From Carcharhinus amblyrhynchos (lineage: Eukaryota), in the NCBI GenBank assembly GCA_965287045.1, contig OZ336889.1, forward strand, positions 16,554,001-16,618,000: a stretch of 64,000 nt of DNA, given 5' to 3'. The translations under genes were made by a program, and so were the position numbers. Positions within the stretch are counted from its first letter, which is position 1, and every line of letters begins with the position of its first letter. Below, piece after piece: positions 62,424 through 64,000 of the stretch. The notes below the pieces were generated by a model that was given only the letters and a program-made list of their open reading frames with translations, was not told the origin of the DNA and searched no databases.

Positions 62424-64000
62424 TGTTGTTGTTCGCCCATCGTCTTTGATGAGGACCTTGACACCATCAGTTGCGTTGTGTCCGAAGATGACTGATCAGG
62501 CCAATTTGGGCATGGAATATCCTAGCACATATTGGACAGACTTGTGTAGGCATTGTAGTTGTTGCGTTGGTGGTTCTGGACTTGTGCAGCTCATGCTTAA
62601 GTTGTGCTTCAGCGATGCAGCTTACTTCATAAGCTTGACAGCCCTTGTGGATGAGGCAGCGCCAGGTAGGGTGGTTTTATGCCAGCATTTCCTAGGTGGT
62701 CGTGTCTATGTCCAGCGACTTCAGGGAGGCCTTGAGTGTGTCTTTGAAATGTTTCTTCTGCCCTCCATGTGAGCGTCTTCCAGCAGAGAGTTCTCCAAAA
62801 AGGAGCTGCTTGGGTATGTGCTCGTCTGACATACGGATGACATGATCTGCCCACTGGGTCTGTGCTGTCATCACAGTGTGTGGATTGATGGTAGGCTTGC
62901 TCTAGAGAGAACTTCAGTGTCTGGTACTTTGTTTTGCTATCTGATGCATTATATTCTGCAAATATGTCATATTTCATGTCATATTACAAATCATGTGGAA
63001 ATGATTGAGCTGTCTTGCATACCTTTGATACACAGTCCACGTTTCACAAACATTCAGGAGGGTAGTGAGTACCATGGCGCTATAGACCTTCAGTTTTGTT
63101 GCTGGGCTGATTCCTCGACGTTCCTGTATAGTGGACTGCAGTCTACCGAAAGCAGAACTTGACTTTGCTATTCTGCAGTTAACTTCTGTATCAATAGTCA
63201 CTGCTTGGGAAAGGGTGCTGCCAAGATAAGTGAACTGGTCCACTGCCTGTAGTTTCTGCCCTTTGATTATGATTATGGGTTCTGTGTATGATAAATGAGG
63301 AGCAGGCTGGTGCATGACTTTGGTTTTTTTAATGTTGATGAGTCCAAAGTTGCCACAAGCCACGGAAAACTTGTCCATACTGACTTGCATCTTTGGCTGT
63401 GAGTCAGCATACAGGGCGCAGTCATTGGCAAAGAGGAAGTCTCTCAGAACAGTCTCCTTCACTTTGGTAATAGCTTGAAGTCTCCACAGGTTGAAGAGCT
63501 TCCCATCCACTCTGTACTTGAGGCTGATTCCAGCAACACTGCCCTGGAAGGCATCATTCAGCATGGCAGTAAACATCATGCTGAACAGTGCGGGTGCGAG
63601 CACACAGCCCTGTTTGACATCATTGGTGACTGGGAATGCCTCAGAGGATTCTCTGCCATCCAGTACTCTGGCTGTGATGCCATCATGGAACTGGTGTTCC
63701 ATCTGAATGAATTTGGGAGGGCAGCCGACCTTTGACATGATCCTCCGCAGGCCTTGTTGGCTTACAGTGTCGAAGGCTTTTGCGAGGTCAACAAAGGTTA
63801 TGTCGAGCTCGCGATTCTGCTCCTGACAGTTCTCCTGAAGTTAGCGCGCAGCAAAAATCATGTCATTAGTCCTGCGACCTTTGCAGAAGCCACACTGTGA
63901 CTCTGGAAGCGTGACCAGACGATCTAGCAAGACTCTTGCGAGGGTTTTTCCTGTTATGAGAGCAGTGAGATTCCTCGCTAGTTGTCGCATACTTGCCGAT
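62424..64000 (-). mobile_element. RTE (BovB-like clade) LINE, RT and 3' end, continuing beyond window
   Basis: ESQCGF, FVDLAKAFDTV, GCPPKFI, VKQGCVLAP, LFANDCAL, FTYLGS, WADHVIRM, PKQLLFGEL motifs; (AAC)n tail at 62424-62433. Confidence 0.93.

Noticed and set aside
1-64000. CRISPR arrays, operons or prokaryotic defence systems
   Set aside because: No regularly spaced repeats or gene-dense coding; all RT ORFs belong to eukaryotic non-LTR retrotransposons.

Overview
Vertebrate genomic DNA, most likely a shark (elasmobranch), judged from HE1/V-SINE-type SINEs, CR1 LINEs and shark-type Penelope terminal repeats. The window is almost entirely intron-like and repeat-dense. It has one clearly recognisable host coding exon: a 161-nt internal exon of smoothelin (SMTN) on the + strand at 59727-59887, which the ORF track misses. 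I found no upstream ATG exon, so most of the window is probably one large SMTN intron (inference). The rest is layered transposon debris: two CR1 families including near-intact copies, older CR1/L2/Rex1/RTE fragments, tRNA-derived SINEs, Harbinger-type DNA transposons and MITEs, and Penelope-like elements (PLEs). The most interesting signals are: minimal hammerhead-ribozyme motifs in PLE termini, intact only antisense to SMTN; an 89-bp near-perfect PLE hairpin with a 12-bp target-site duplication (TSD); inverted SINEs bracketing the SMTN exon; a 61-bp micro-inversion of the RT catalytic motif in one CR1; and several candidate cis-regulatory clusters. I see no CRISPR, rRNA, true tRNA or prokaryote-type system, and I cannot claim a wholly new system from sequence alone. 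Repeat boundaries are by-eye estimates.
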